64,000 nucleotides of DNA from Pseudomonas phage TIETA: sequence record PV800129.1. The stretch is one strand, 5' to 3'. The notes beneath the pieces are model-generated. The model saw nothing but the letters and a program-made list of their open reading frames with translations. It was not told where the DNA came from and did not search any database. The stretch's first letter is position 1; every line of letters starts with the position of its first letter. This document shows, piece by piece, positions 10,018-20,014 of this stretch. Made by a program: the position numbers and the translations under genes.

Positions 10018-10931
10018 AACAATATGACAGAGTGTATAAACTAACGCTCGGTAACACTGAATCCGGGCAAGGTGTAGAGATTACAAACCTCCACCCTGAC
10101 GGAAGTTTGAACAGAGAGGGACTTCAGTTCCGGTTCGATATCTCTAAAAGTTCAGATAACAAGAAGAGCGGAAACTCGGCGACTGTTGAGATATACAATC
10201 TGTCTATTGCCACTCTGAACATCCTTGAAACTGAATATTTGACGTGCCGACTAGAGGTTGGTTATAAGGAGATGGGAACTTCTGTTGTGCTAGATGGCAA
10301 CGTTGTTGAAACTTCGACTAGAAAGAGTGGCAATGATTACGTCACTCAGCTTATTCTAGGCGAAGGGTACACAGCACTAACAGAGACCAAGCTGAAGGGC
10401 ACAGTATCTCCGGGCAAAACTGTAAAGGATGTTATCGAAGAGATTCGTCTTCAAATGCCGGGAGTGGACAGAGGAGCTTATACAGGCCTCAATTGCAATA
10501 ACCCGATCATGTACGGCTATCAACTCCGTGGTCTAGCCAAAGACGCTCTAAACAGCGTGTGTGAAGCCAACAATATTGAATGGAACATCAGTGGAAACGT
10601 TCTAAACGTCACAGACGTTAACGGACCAACAACGAAGAGTGTTCAAATGGCTCCTCTCGTAAACAGAGAGACCGGTCTGATCGATATCCCATTCTACGCC
10701 AGTGCCAGCGGAACGGCACAGAAGAAAGATAAGCGGAGACGGAGAGGCGTTCAATTCAAATGCCTTCTCAATCCTGAGCTAACTCCCGGGGTTCTTGTCC
10801 GGGTAGAGTCGGATAGATTGTCAGGAACTTTCAGAATCAACAACGTCCGAATCTCGGGCGGATACAGAGACAACGAATGGTACACTGAATGTTGGTGTTC
10901 CGATCTTAACCAAGAGGATATTGACCAATGA
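10014..10931 (+). CDS. baseplate hub protein (late control D / gpP-like, putative)
   Basis: 305 aa; sits between the TMP-proximal genes and the spike gene, as in P2/Mu-like baseplates. Confidence 0.4.
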   Translation: MKQYDRVYKLTLGNTESGQGVEITNLHPDGSLNREGLQFRFDISKSSDNKKSGNSATVEIYNLSIATLNILETEYLTCRLEVGYKEMGTSVVLDGNVVETSTRKSGNDYVTQLILGEGYTALTETKLKGTVSPGKTVKDVIEEIRLQMPGVDRGAYTGLNCNNPIMYGYQLRGLAKDALNSVCEANNIEWNISGNVLNVTDVNGPTTKSVQMAPLVNRETGLIDIPFYASASGTAQKKDKRRRRGVQFKCLLNPELTPGVLVRVESDRLSGTFRINNVRISGGYRDNEWYTECWCSDLNQEDIDQ

Positions 10932-11668
10932 GGAGAACAGGCCTACAAGAGCTTCTGAACCTGCACTCGTCCACGGAAGGCTCGAAACAGTATACTGCCA
11001 TACCTTGTGTGGTATTGCGCGTTCTGGACGATTTTAGACGCCTTTCTGTCGATGTTAGACCAGTGGTCAATGACCTGTACAAAGACGGCACATCAGAAGA
11101 GCAACCAGAGATTCTATCTGTCCCTGTCATTATGCCGGGAACAGCTAACACCCTTATCAGCTTCCCATTGAATGTCGGGGATACGGTGTTGTGTGTATTC
11201 TCTCAAAGAACTATGGACGTGTTTAAAGGCTCTGCCACTGGACAGCCTCACACTCCAAACGATCTTCGTAAGTTCAACATGGCGGATGCCATTGCCATTC
11301 CCGGGCTGTTCACCTTCCCTAGGTCGATGAACGACCCTGCAAGACATAGTTGGCCACATGATACCAAAGACCTTACTATTGCCCACAACCTGATGACGGG
11401 ACAAGAGGCGGAAGTTAGGATCAAAGCCAATGGAGATATTCTAATCAACAGCCGCAAGACTATAAGCATTAATGCTCAAAATGTCAACGTCAAGTGTGCT
11501 TCACTCACTGTCGATGCAGCCCATACAACATGGAACGGGAACATTGCACATACAGGTAACTACGTGCAGACTGGTGGAACTTCTACATTCAACGGTATTC
11601 CATTCCATACCCACAAACACGGTGGTGTTATGCCGGGCGGTGGTGTTACTGCTGTCCCACAAGCTTAA
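10928..11668 (+). CDS. baseplate central spike (gpV-like) with His-rich apex
   Basis: 246 aa; C-terminal FHTHKHGGVMPGGG is a metal-binding HxH tip like P2 gpV / phi92 gp138 spike apices. Confidence 0.5.
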   Translation: MRRTGLQELLNLHSSTEGSKQYTAIPCVVLRVLDDFRRLSVDVRPVVNDLYKDGTSEEQPEILSVPVIMPGTANTLISFPLNVGDTVLCVFSQRTMDVFKGSATGQPHTPNDLRKFNMADAIAIPGLFTFPRSMNDPARHSWPHDTKDLTIAHNLMTGQEAEVRIKANGDILINSRKTISINAQNVNVKCASLTVDAAHTTWNGNIAHTGNYVQTGGTSTFNGIPFHTHKHGGVMPGGGVTAVPQA

Positions 11669-11679
11669 AAGGAGATCAT

Positions 11680-12051
11680 ATGGACTTGTTTGTCAACCCC
11701 GACACACATGACTTGGTTTTTATAAATGGTGAAGCTCCAGTCACTCAACGAATGGTTGATATTGTTGCTCAGCGACTAAAGATCAAACTGTACACATTCC
11801 TAGGTGAGTGGTTCTTGGATGATAGGATCGGCATCCCCTACTTCGAGAGGATTCTTGGTAAGTCTAGGAGCCTTCCCGCTGTTGACGCGATATTCCAATC
11901 TGAGATTATGAGAGACCCCGGCGTCCTTGAGATTACATCTTGGCAGTCGGGGATCGACCCTCACACACGTGAATACTCCATGGAGTTCACAGTCAGAACC
12001 ACAGACAATACAGAATCCCTTCCCATCACTTTCAGAATGATAGGAGTTTAA
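11680..12051 (+). CDS. baseplate wedge protein (gpW / gp25-like)
   Basis: 123 aa; RBS AAGGAG; immediately before the baseplate J gene. Confidence 0.5.
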   Translation: MDLFVNPDTHDLVFINGEAPVTQRMVDIVAQRLKIKLYTFLGEWFLDDRIGIPYFERILGKSRSLPAVDAIFQSEIMRDPGVLEITSWQSGIDPHTREYSMEFTVRTTDNTESLPITFRMIGV

Positions 12052-12052
12052 T

Positions 12053-13516
12053 ATGGCTGGAATTACAGCAGAAGGTCTAACGATTAAAGACTTGGACCAA
12101 ATCCTGACAGACTACAGAAACGTAGCCTCTCAGGTCTTCGCCGACCTAGTTTCAACTGGAGACGAAGTTGACACGTCTGGTAACTCTGCTCTAGGCCGTC
12201 TGATCGGCGTAGTTGCTCCATCGGACGAAGCTATCTGGGAAGTTATCCAGATGGTGTATAACTCCTTCAACCCGGCAGCCGCAACTGGCGTGGCTCTGGA
12301 CAACCTAGTGTCCTTCTCGGCAATTAGCCGGCATGCTGCCCGTCCGACCCGGGCTCAGGTTGTTCTAGAGGGCAACATCGACACCGTTATTAACTCGCCT
12401 CCCGCTAAGATGATTTCCAGCAGTACAGGCCGAGTGTTCCACCTGCTACAAGGCGTGATCCTCACTCCTAAAGCTTGCTCTGGTGTTGGAATCTTCCCTC
12501 AGACAGTAGGCAACGACCTGACATACGAGCTTAAGATGTACGTTGATGACATTAACACAACGTCTATCAAGTACACAAGCCCTACCACTGGTACAGTAAC
12601 ATCCGAGTCCATCCTAGCAGGACTGGCCGCAGACGTAGCTACAAATCACGGAAATACCTTGACAAGCTACGAACAGAATGGTATACTTTTCATAGTACCT
12701 ATTGACCCATTCAACACCAAGACTTTCGAAGAAGCCTCCAACCTGAGTATTCAGAAGGTTAGAAAGCTTGGTATCGCTGTTGACGACGTTATTGGTCCTG
12801 TGCCTCAGCAAGCTCTAGCTATCGATACGATCTCCATTCCTATTGCCGGATGGGACAGCGTTATCAACCCTGTTCCAGCTATCACTGGCCGTCTGCGTGA
12901 GACCGACGATGAGCTTCGCGAGAGATTTCGAAACTCTAAATTCGTACAAGCCACCAACATTCTGGAGTCCCTGATCGACGGTCTGATGAACGTAGAAGGA
13001 GTCGAGGATGTTAGGATTATCGAAAACGATACCGACAACCTAGACCCCGTTCACGGAGTCCCGGGTCACTCGTTCCTTCCAATCGTTCTTGGTGGTATTC
13101 CTACAGAGGTTGCACAGTCTATCTGGCTGAACAAGCCATTCGGGATTGGCTCTGTTGGAGATACAGAGGTTCAGGTGGTAGACAGTCTGGGCTATACACA
13201 TAGAGTCAACTACCAACGCCCTGTTGAGGTTCCAATCGAGATCAAGATCAGTGTAACAAACACAGGATCGATGCCAGAGAACATTGAAGATATCCTACGG
13301 CCAAGGATTGTAGCGTACGGAACTGAGAATTACAAGATCGGAGACGACGTAATTTATTCTCGATTCTATGCCCCAATCATGGAAATCCCGGGCTTCCAAG
13401 TGAACAGCCTGACGATTGCTAAGAAAGGACAAACTCAAGGTATGGCGAACATCGAAATCGGGTTCAAAGAAGTGGCTACATTCGCCGCAGCAGATATCAC
13501 CGTAACTACGGTGTAA
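12053..13516 (+). CDS. baseplate J-like protein
   Basis: 487 aa; size and position (gpW - gpJ - gpI - fiber) typical of P2/Mu-like baseplates. Confidence 0.55.
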   Translation: MAGITAEGLTIKDLDQILTDYRNVASQVFADLVSTGDEVDTSGNSALGRLIGVVAPSDEAIWEVIQMVYNSFNPAAATGVALDNLVSFSAISRHAARPTRAQVVLEGNIDTVINSPPAKMISSSTGRVFHLLQGVILTPKACSGVGIFPQTVGNDLTYELKMYVDDINTTSIKYTSPTTGTVTSESILAGLAADVATNHGNTLTSYEQNGILFIVPIDPFNTKTFEEASNLSIQKVRKLGIAVDDVIGPVPQQALAIDTISIPIAGWDSVINPVPAITGRLRETDDELRERFRNSKFVQATNILESLIDGLMNVEGVEDVRIIENDTDNLDPVHGVPGHSFLPIVLGGIPTEVAQSIWLNKPFGIGSVGDTEVQVVDSLGYTHRVNYQRPVEVPIEIKISVTNTGSMPENIEDILRPRIVAYGTENYKIGDDVIYSRFYAPIMEIPGFQVNSLTIAKKGQTQGMANIEIGFKEVATFAAADITVTTV

Positions 13517-13534
13517 TGATAGAAGGAGAATTCC

Positions 13535-14266
13535 ATGGCTGTCAACCAATTTGACAGAGAAGATTATCTGGAGGTGGCCCGGGAACGGGTCACTGAACAG
13601 TTTAAAGAGAAGCCGATCTTTGATCGCTTCCTGCAAGTGCTATTGTCTGGTAAGTTTGATATCCAGAATGCACTGGAAGACCTCCAGACTCTCCGGTCTC
13701 TGGACACAGCCACCGGGAAGCAACTGGACATTATCGGAGACATTGTAGGGCGACCACGCGGTCTAGTGTACCAAGATATTTTCAACTATTTTGGATTCGC
13801 TGGAACGGAGCGTGCAGGTTCTTTCGGAAGCCTGTCGGACCCTACGGTCGGTGCTCCATGGTACTCGGTCGGTGCTCCAACTGGTAACGCCAGAGAGCCG
13901 AGCGACGAAGAGTATCGGATGATCCTGAAAGCAAAGATCATCAAGAACAGAACAAACTCAACCCCAGAGCAAGTTATCGAAGCTTATAAATTTGTATTCG
14001 GGGTTCCTGAAGTATTCCTAGAGGAGTACGCTCCCGCTGCTGTCCGTATCGGCATCGGTAAGATTCTAACGAACGTAGAGCGTAGTCTTCTATTCGACCT
14101 AGGTGGTGCGGGGGCGTTGCTTCCTAAGACTATCGGGGTTAACTACACATACACTGAGTTCCAAGCTGGCCGGGTATTTGCTACAGAAGGCTTCCCCGGA
14201 GGACAAGGCGTTGGAGACCTAAACGATCCCACTGTTGGTGGAATTCTGACCAACCTAGTGACATAA
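13535..14266 (+). CDS. baseplate/tail protein I-like (DUF2612-like, putative)
   Basis: 243 aa; RBS GAAGGAG; between gpJ and the tail fiber. Confidence 0.4.
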   Translation: MAVNQFDREDYLEVARERVTEQFKEKPIFDRFLQVLLSGKFDIQNALEDLQTLRSLDTATGKQLDIIGDIVGRPRGLVYQDIFNYFGFAGTERAGSFGSLSDPTVGAPWYSVGAPTGNAREPSDEEYRMILKAKIIKNRTNSTPEQVIEAYKFVFGVPEVFLEEYAPAAVRIGIGKILTNVERSLLFDLGGAGALLPKTIGVNYTYTEFQAGRVFATEGFPGGQGVGDLNDPTVGGILTNLVT

Positions 14267-14276
14267 GGAGTTATAA

Positions 14277-16334
14277 ATGGCTGATTACGGTCAACTACCT
14301 ATTGAAAATATCTGGTCCACAGGCGGGGATATGGTAGCCCCGACCCCAGCGCAGCAGCAAGGCGGATGGGGTATTCAGTCGGTTCCTCGCCAGTGGTGGA
14401 ACTGGAAATGGAACCTTCACGATACCAACCTAGCGTATCTGCTACAGAAGGGCATCCCAGAATGGACCAGCACTCAAGAGTATATCGCAAACAAGTCGTT
14501 CTGCACAAGAAACGGTTTCGTCTACAAGGCTGTCCGTACCCATACAGGTAGCGACCCGGCCACCGTTAGTTCTAACTGGGCCCGAGCTTTCGCAGACTTT
14601 ACCACAGCTAGCTCTGCACTTGGAAGCCTGACTCCGAGAGAAGGAGGGATTCCTTTCTTCATTAGCGCATCTGGTGCAGGTGTGTTTGACTCTACGGATT
14701 ATGGACGTGGCATGCTGAACGTAGCCAACGCAGCGGGAGCTAGAAACTACATTTCGGCTCAAGAGAGTTCTGTTGTCCTGTCTAACCTATCTACTGTGAC
14801 TAGGGCTGCCAACGCGGTTCCGTACTTCAACACCGACACCTCGATGGCGACCTTCAACATTACAGCGTTCGGAAGAGGCCTAGTCAACGCTGGCGATGCA
14901 ACTAACGCAAGAACCTTCCTAGGCCTAGCTAACTCTGCTACTATCACGGCTGATCCAGCCAACAGAGCACACACTCTGGTCTATAGAGACGCTGCTGGTA
15001 ACTTCAACGCTGGTGTGATTACAGCCACTCTTTCTGGTAACGCGACTACAGCCAGCAAGCTCAGGGCTCCAGTTACGATTAACGGCGTAGCGTTCGACGG
15101 AAGCCAGAACATTGTTCTGCCGGGCCTAGATACAAGCTACGCCGGGGTTGTAGCGAGGCTCCATATTAATGGAGCTAACATGACCGGAACAGATAAGACT
15201 ACCCAGTTGGCTCTTAGAAATAAATCTGATACAGATTGGATTAGCTTGGTGACTCCTGATGACAGCTCGTTGGTATTTCAATTTAGAGGGCCAGAAGCGG
15301 CTAACGCCACTCTGCGGGTTAACTCTAATGTTGTGTTCCACGCGGGAAACCAGTATGGACTAGGAGCTACTCAAACTCAAGCCAGAGAGCGGCTCATGGT
15401 TGACAGGCTGGCACAGAACACGACTCAGACTGTGCTGTACAACGCAGATAAGAGCAGGTACTTCTGGTTGCAAGATAACGGTGTTTCCGGTATCTGGGAC
15501 GCAACGACTAACACCCCTCTATGGCGTTTTTCTAGACTAGGCCAGCTCGACTACGGAACAGTCCCTGTTGCACAAATTACAGGATTGGCCAACTCCGCGA
15601 CAATTCCGGCATCCGCCTCCAATCTGACTAATCAGATTGTTGTGAGGAGCGGAACAGGAGATATCGCAGTACAAGGCGTTACAGCGTTTGGCGCTGTTCT
15701 GGGAACAGACTATATTAGAGTAAGAGCCAGCACTGGTAACGCTCACCTAGTATTCCAGAGGAATGATGGAGCAGAGGTAGGGCTTATTTGGGGAATCCCG
15801 TCTGCCAACTCTCTGAACTTCAGGACCGCAGGCGGTGCGACAGGCATGTCTCTGGCTGGTCAGGACTTGACTGTAGTTGGCAGGGTGAATGCTGCGACAC
15901 TCAATTCGTCTGGCAACGTCAACTCTGGCAACAGCGTGATTGCTGCCGGGAACGTGCAGGCTGCTGGCCGTGTGTACTGCGGCGATGCTTTTATGAGCAG
16001 CAACGGCAACCTTACTGGCGGAGCTTTCGGCTCTTATGGGACTCTTACCAACTGGGTAGACTCTGTATACGCCAGAAAAACTGACGTAATGACTGATGCC
16101 CAAATCTTGGCTGCCACTTCTAGAGGTAGTGCTCAGGCTGTGGGAACATATGTCTTTGCGATTGCAGCTAGCGGAAGTGGGGATGTTGGGACTGTAGTAG
16201 CTGGTACGTCTCTAAGGTCTTCGTCTCCCGTCAACTACCACGGAACTACGCTATCCGGTAGCTACAGGTGCATGGGTAGGTTCGGAGCCGGAGGTTCTAA
16301 CCAGATTACCTTGTTCCAGAAGGTTGCAGATTAA
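14277..16334 (+). CDS. tail fiber protein 1
   Basis: 685 aa, Gly/Ser/Thr/Asn-rich; N-terminal domain (GIPEWxS..EY...NG..YK..RTH) paralogous to the N-terminus of 16764..18263. Confidence 0.65.
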   Translation: MADYGQLPIENIWSTGGDMVAPTPAQQQGGWGIQSVPRQWWNWKWNLHDTNLAYLLQKGIPEWTSTQEYIANKSFCTRNGFVYKAVRTHTGSDPATVSSNWARAFADFTTASSALGSLTPREGGIPFFISASGAGVFDSTDYGRGMLNVANAAGARNYISAQESSVVLSNLSTVTRAANAVPYFNTDTSMATFNITAFGRGLVNAGDATNARTFLGLANSATITADPANRAHTLVYRDAAGNFNAGVITATLSGNATTASKLRAPVTINGVAFDGSQNIVLPGLDTSYAGVVARLHINGANMTGTDKTTQLALRNKSDTDWISLVTPDDSSLVFQFRGPEAANATLRVNSNVVFHAGNQYGLGATQTQARERLMVDRLAQNTTQTVLYNADKSRYFWLQDNGVSGIWDATTNTPLWRFSRLGQLDYGTVPVAQITGLANSATIPASASNLTNQIVVRSGTGDIAVQGVTAFGAVLGTDYIRVRASTGNAHLVFQRNDGAEVGLIWGIPSANSLNFRTAGGATGMSLAGQDLTVVGRVNAATLNSSGNVNSGNSVIAAGNVQAAGRVYCGDAFMSSNGNLTGGAFGSYGTLTNWVDSVYARKTDVMTDAQILAATSRGSAQAVGTYVFAIAASGSGDVGTVVAGTSLRSSSPVNYHGTTLSGSYRCMGRFGAGGSNQITLFQKVAD

Positions 16335-16340
16335 CAAAAT

Positions 16341-16360
16341 AGGCCCGTAAGGGCCTTTAT
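16341..16360 (+). terminator. rho-independent terminator
   Basis: AGGCCC-GTAA-GGGCCT hairpin followed by TTTAT. Confidence 0.5.
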
Positions 16361-16377
16361 AACTGGAGGTGATTTTA

Positions 16378-16752
16378 ATGGAATTCAGAAACGTTGTAAA
16401 AATTAAAGCGGGGTTCGAGTGCGAAATAAACCATCCAGAATTCGGGTGGATTCCGTACGGAGCTGTAGAGGGCTGTCCCACATCTCATTCTATGTACGTG
16501 AGGATCGCCAAAGCAGTTGAAGATGGCTCTACGGGGGTGGTAGAAGAAGAGGCTAAATATGACACCTTTGAAGCCAGATTGTGGAGAGATAACGAGCTAA
16601 TCCGGGCTGATCGTCAAGTAGAGATTGCTATCGACGATGAAGACGAAGTAAGAGAAAAGGCTTGGCGTAAATATCGTTCTGCACTCCGTAAGTGGCCAGA
16701 GCACAAGAACTTCCCATCCGAAAAGAGTAAACCAAAAGCTCCGAAGGAGTGA
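16378..16752 (+). CDS. tail fiber assembly protein (Tfa-like, putative)
   Basis: 124 aa between two fiber genes; C-terminal AWRKYRSALRKWPEHKNFP resembles the Tfa family motif; RBS GGAGG. Confidence 0.45.
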   Translation: MEFRNVVKIKAGFECEINHPEFGWIPYGAVEGCPTSHSMYVRIAKAVEDGSTGVVEEEAKYDTFEARLWRDNELIRADRQVEIAIDDEDEVREKAWRKYRSALRKWPEHKNFPSEKSKPKAPKE

Positions 16753-16763
16753 GGTAAGATAAT

Positions 16764-18263
16764 ATGCCAAACATTATGAAGCCTACGGGAATCAACGCTA
16801 TCTGGTCTGAAAATGGCCAGAAGGTTGACCCGGGTGCTGTGAAAGTAGGGCTAGGCTGGGTTACGGAACTTCCTCCGTACCAGACTGCAAACTTCATTGA
16901 ATATAAACAAGACCTGTTTAACGCTCACGTCAACCAACATGGTATCCCTGAATGGGATAGCGTGACAGAGTATCAGGGTAACCTGAGCTACACTCAAGGC
17001 GCTAACGGGATCATCTATAAGTGCCTTAGAACCCATTCCGACAAGATTCCAACTGACCCTCTGAACATTACAGCCGGATATTGGCGAGTGGCGTTTGAGG
17101 ATGCGGGAGAGGCAGCTAAGGTTCAAGCCAACCTTGATCGGCATGTAACAAACTACAACACCCTCTCTGGGATTGGCAACGTAGTTATTGCAAGACAAAA
17201 CCTAAGTGTGTATAGTAAAGCTGAAGGCGACGCCCGGTACGCTATGAAGCACGGGAACGGCTCTAATGTTTTCAGCGTCGCCACTGCCACACAGCCAACT
17301 CACGCGATCCCGCTGAGCCAGCTATCGACTCTCGTTCCTCCTGCGACCGAGACTGTAGCCGGGGTTATGGCAGTTGCTACGACTATCGAGACAGAAGCTG
17401 GAGCCAATGATACCAAGGCTGTGAGTCCGCTCAAGGCCGCACAGGTGTATCTGAAGAAGAAAGACAACCTTTCCGGTCTGTCTAACGTCACTGCCGCAAG
17501 AGCTAATCTAGGACTGTCGGATACAGCGACTATGCCTTCTTCTACATTCCTGAAGGCAGGTAGCAATCTGGCAGATGTGCCTAACAAGGCGCTGGCAAGA
17601 TCGAATCTTGGAATTACAAGTAGTGCTACCCAGCCGGAAACCTATTTCTTGAGGAGCGCTCAGAACCTAGCAGATGTACCTAACAAGGCACAAGCTAGAG
17701 TCAACCTAGGCCTCACTGGGATGGCTACAACAGACCCTGCGGCGGTTATGATGAAGGCAGACAACCTTGCTGGATTGGCTAACACTGCTACCGCTCGGTC
17801 CAACCTAGGGCTAGGCACAGCTTCTACTAGAAATACAGGAGACTTCCTGTCGTCTGGGGCTAACCTGTCCGACCTCACGAACGTCCAAGCAGCTAGAAAC
17901 AACCTAGGGTTGAAGGGAGCGGCTACGCTCGATGTATGGGGTCTTCCTGCGAATACAACTGCTATGGACTTCCAGTCCAGTCAGTCGGATATTTCCAGAG
18001 GATGGGCTCGACTACCAAACGGCCTTCTGCTACAATGGGGAACTGGTCCCGGTCTGTCTGATGACACAAGGACGAATATCCAACTCCCTGTTCCAGCACG
18101 AATCTTGAACGTTCAAGTGACCGTAATGGGGACGTTTAACAACTCCATCGGCCCGGGCGCTTTCATGACGGATATGTGGAGCAACACCGGGTTTAGAGTT
18201 AGCTGCAACTGGGGCAACTGGTCTTACCCGTTCAACTGGTTTGCTATCACTTCCACCCTGTAA
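16764..18263 (+). CDS. tail fiber protein 2 with tandem fiber repeats
   Basis: 499 aa; at least 5 repeats of xxARxNLGL (Phage_fiber_2-like) and a TKAVSPLKA motif like T4 gp12. Confidence 0.65.
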   Translation: MPNIMKPTGINAIWSENGQKVDPGAVKVGLGWVTELPPYQTANFIEYKQDLFNAHVNQHGIPEWDSVTEYQGNLSYTQGANGIIYKCLRTHSDKIPTDPLNITAGYWRVAFEDAGEAAKVQANLDRHVTNYNTLSGIGNVVIARQNLSVYSKAEGDARYAMKHGNGSNVFSVATATQPTHAIPLSQLSTLVPPATETVAGVMAVATTIETEAGANDTKAVSPLKAAQVYLKKKDNLSGLSNVTAARANLGLSDTATMPSSTFLKAGSNLADVPNKALARSNLGITSSATQPETYFLRSAQNLADVPNKAQARVNLGLTGMATTDPAAVMMKADNLAGLANTATARSNLGLGTASTRNTGDFLSSGANLSDLTNVQAARNNLGLKGAATLDVWGLPANTTAMDFQSSQSDISRGWARLPNGLLLQWGTGPGLSDDTRTNIQLPVPARILNVQVTVMGTFNNSIGPGAFMTDMWSNTGFRVSCNWGNWSYPFNWFAITSTL

Positions 18264-18279
18264 TTCAGGAGTATCAAAA

Positions 18280-18840
18280 ATGGCTCTAACTGAGCAAGAC
18301 TTCCAATCGGCTGCCGATGATCTCGGAGTCGATGTTGCCAGTGTAAAGGCCGTCACTAAAGTAGAGAGTCGTGGGAGCGGCTTTCTACTTTCTGGCGTCC
18401 CTAAGATTCTATTCGAAAGGCACTGGATGTTCAAGCTTCTCAAAAGGAAGCTAGGTCGTGACCCTGAAATAAACGACGTTTGCAACCCTAAAGCTGGAGG
18501 ATACCTCGGCGGACAAGCGGAGCACGAACGTCTAGATAAAGCAGTCAAAATGGATAGAGACTGCGCACTTCAAAGTGCCTCTTGGGGCCTATTCCAGATT
18601 ATGGGATTCCATTGGGAGGCACTAGGTTATGCGAGTGTTCAGGCATTTGTCAATGCCCAGTACGCCAGCGAAGGATCGCAACTAAACACTTTTGTGCGCT
18701 TCATCAAGACCAACCCGGCAATTCACAAAGCTTTAAAGTCTAAGGACTGGGCAGAATTCGCAAGAAGGTATAACGGGCCGGATTACAAGAAAAACAACTA
18801 CGATGTTAAGCTAGCAGAAGCCTATCAATCCTTCAAGTAA
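18280..18840 (+). CDS. endolysin (N-acetylmuramidase-like, DUF3380-type)
   Basis: 186 aa; ESRGSGF...PKILFERHW...SWG(L/I)FQIMG motifs; RBS CAGGAG; directly precedes the holin and spanins. Confidence 0.65.
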   Translation: MALTEQDFQSAADDLGVDVASVKAVTKVESRGSGFLLSGVPKILFERHWMFKLLKRKLGRDPEINDVCNPKAGGYLGGQAEHERLDKAVKMDRDCALQSASWGLFQIMGFHWEALGYASVQAFVNAQYASEGSQLNTFVRFIKTNPAIHKALKSKDWAEFARRYNGPDYKKNNYDVKLAEAYQSFK

Positions 18841-18857
18841 ATCTAGGAAGGTTCCTA

Positions 18858-19112
18858 ATGAAGAAGCTATTCAAAAGCTGGAAGTTCTGGGCTGCTGTAG
18901 GCTCTGCAACTTTTATGGCTCTGGAAGCCATGGTTCATCTTTGGGAGCCTATCCTTCCTCCCGGCGTGTTCGCCGCAGTAGCCACACTGGTAGCTGTTGG
19001 TGTGAGAATTTCGGCAGTGTTTGTAACTGCTGGTAAAGTGGAGGAAGCGATTTCGGAAACCATGGAACATGACACCATAGAAGATGGCTCAATAGAAAAT
19101 GATACTAACTAA
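18858..19112 (+). CDS. holin
   Basis: 84 aa with two hydrophobic helices and a charged C-terminus, between endolysin and spanins. Confidence 0.6.
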   Translation: MKKLFKSWKFWAAVGSATFMALEAMVHLWEPILPPGVFAAVATLVAVGVRISAVFVTAGKVEEAISETMEHDTIEDGSIENDTN

Positions 19113-19542
19113 ACTCAAAAACTACTCCCTCGTAGTAGCTGCCGCAATGGCAGCAGGGTTTGGATATCTGTCGTTCTCTTTGTACGGCGACTTAGCTGTT
19201 GCGAAGAATGATATCCAATCTCTTCAAGCTGCGTCTCGACAGATGGAAGAGCAGTTCCAGAAAGAGCGAGCAGGGTGTGAGATCACCACTGGGAGACTAG
19301 AGGCACATATAGCCCAAATGAAGAGCCGACAGGAGCTTCTACAAGGCCATCTGTGTGAGCTTGAGTCTCTACCCAACCCAACCCCAAGGGAGACCCAAGA
19401 AAATGCCACAGAGACGATCTCTGAGCCTTCTACTGGGGATAGTCTGGACCCTGCTCTTACAAGCTTGCTCGACAGGGCCTTCTGTTCCGCAGTACCAAAC
19501 GATCCTTATTGTGCCCCCGGCAAGCCTGACCGAGGAGGTTAA
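19099..19542 (+). CDS. i-spanin (Rz-like)
   Basis: 147 aa, N-terminal TM helix then coiled coil, Pro-rich C-terminus. Confidence 0.6.
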   Translation: MILTKLKNYSLVVAAAMAAGFGYLSFSLYGDLAVAKNDIQSLQAASRQMEEQFQKERAGCEITTGRLEAHIAQMKSRQELLQGHLCELESLPNPTPRETQENATETISEPSTGDSLDPALTSLLDRAFCSAVPNDPYCAPGKPDRGG

Positions 19543-19684
19543 GGTATACCGAGTGGAGCAAGATACAGTTAAGGGGCTCGCTAGAGCTTACATTCTAAAT
19601 ACTAACAGTGCTGCCATGTGCAATAGTCAACTACAGACGATAAAGCTATGGGCAGAAGAGCAGAGGGCTCTGTATGGAAAGTAA
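19403..19684 (+). CDS. o-spanin (Rz1-like lipoprotein), overlapping the i-spanin in the +1 frame
   Basis: signal peptide with lipobox LLLQAC, Pro-rich mature part; starts inside the i-spanin gene and extends past it. Confidence 0.55.
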   Translation: MPQRRSLSLLLGIVWTLLLQACSTGPSVPQYQTILIVPPASLTEEVKVYRVEQDTVKGLARAYILNTNSAAMCNSQLQTIKLWAEEQRALYGK

Positions 19685-19979
19685 AGACGGCAAAGAAGGC
19701 CTAATCAAGGTAGCTACACAGGGAGTTATCTCTCTGCTAATTGCTATCCTAATGGCTTGGTCTGGATTCCTAAGTTCCAGTCTTTCTAAGCAGGAAGAAC
19801 GTATCTTTGCGATGCAAAGAGATATGGTATCCGAGGCAAAACTTAACGCACTAGAGTCGAGATTCAATAGCCGACTTGAAAGTGAAATTAGTAACGTTAG
19901 AAGAGAACAACAAGAAACCAACCGGTATTTGATTTTGATTATGAATGCCGTCAAGGGTCGGGATACAGCAACTCAATAA
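19674..19979 (+). CDS. membrane-anchored coiled-coil protein
   Basis: 101 aa, one TM helix then a coiled coil; follows the lysis cassette. Confidence 0.4.
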   Translation: MESKDGKEGLIKVATQGVISLLIAILMAWSGFLSSSLSKQEERIFAMQRDMVSEAKLNALESRFNSRLESEISNVRREQQETNRYLILIMNAVKGRDTATQ

Positions 19980-20014
19980 ACATAACCCGTTAACCCCAAC
20001 TGGGAGACAATATA

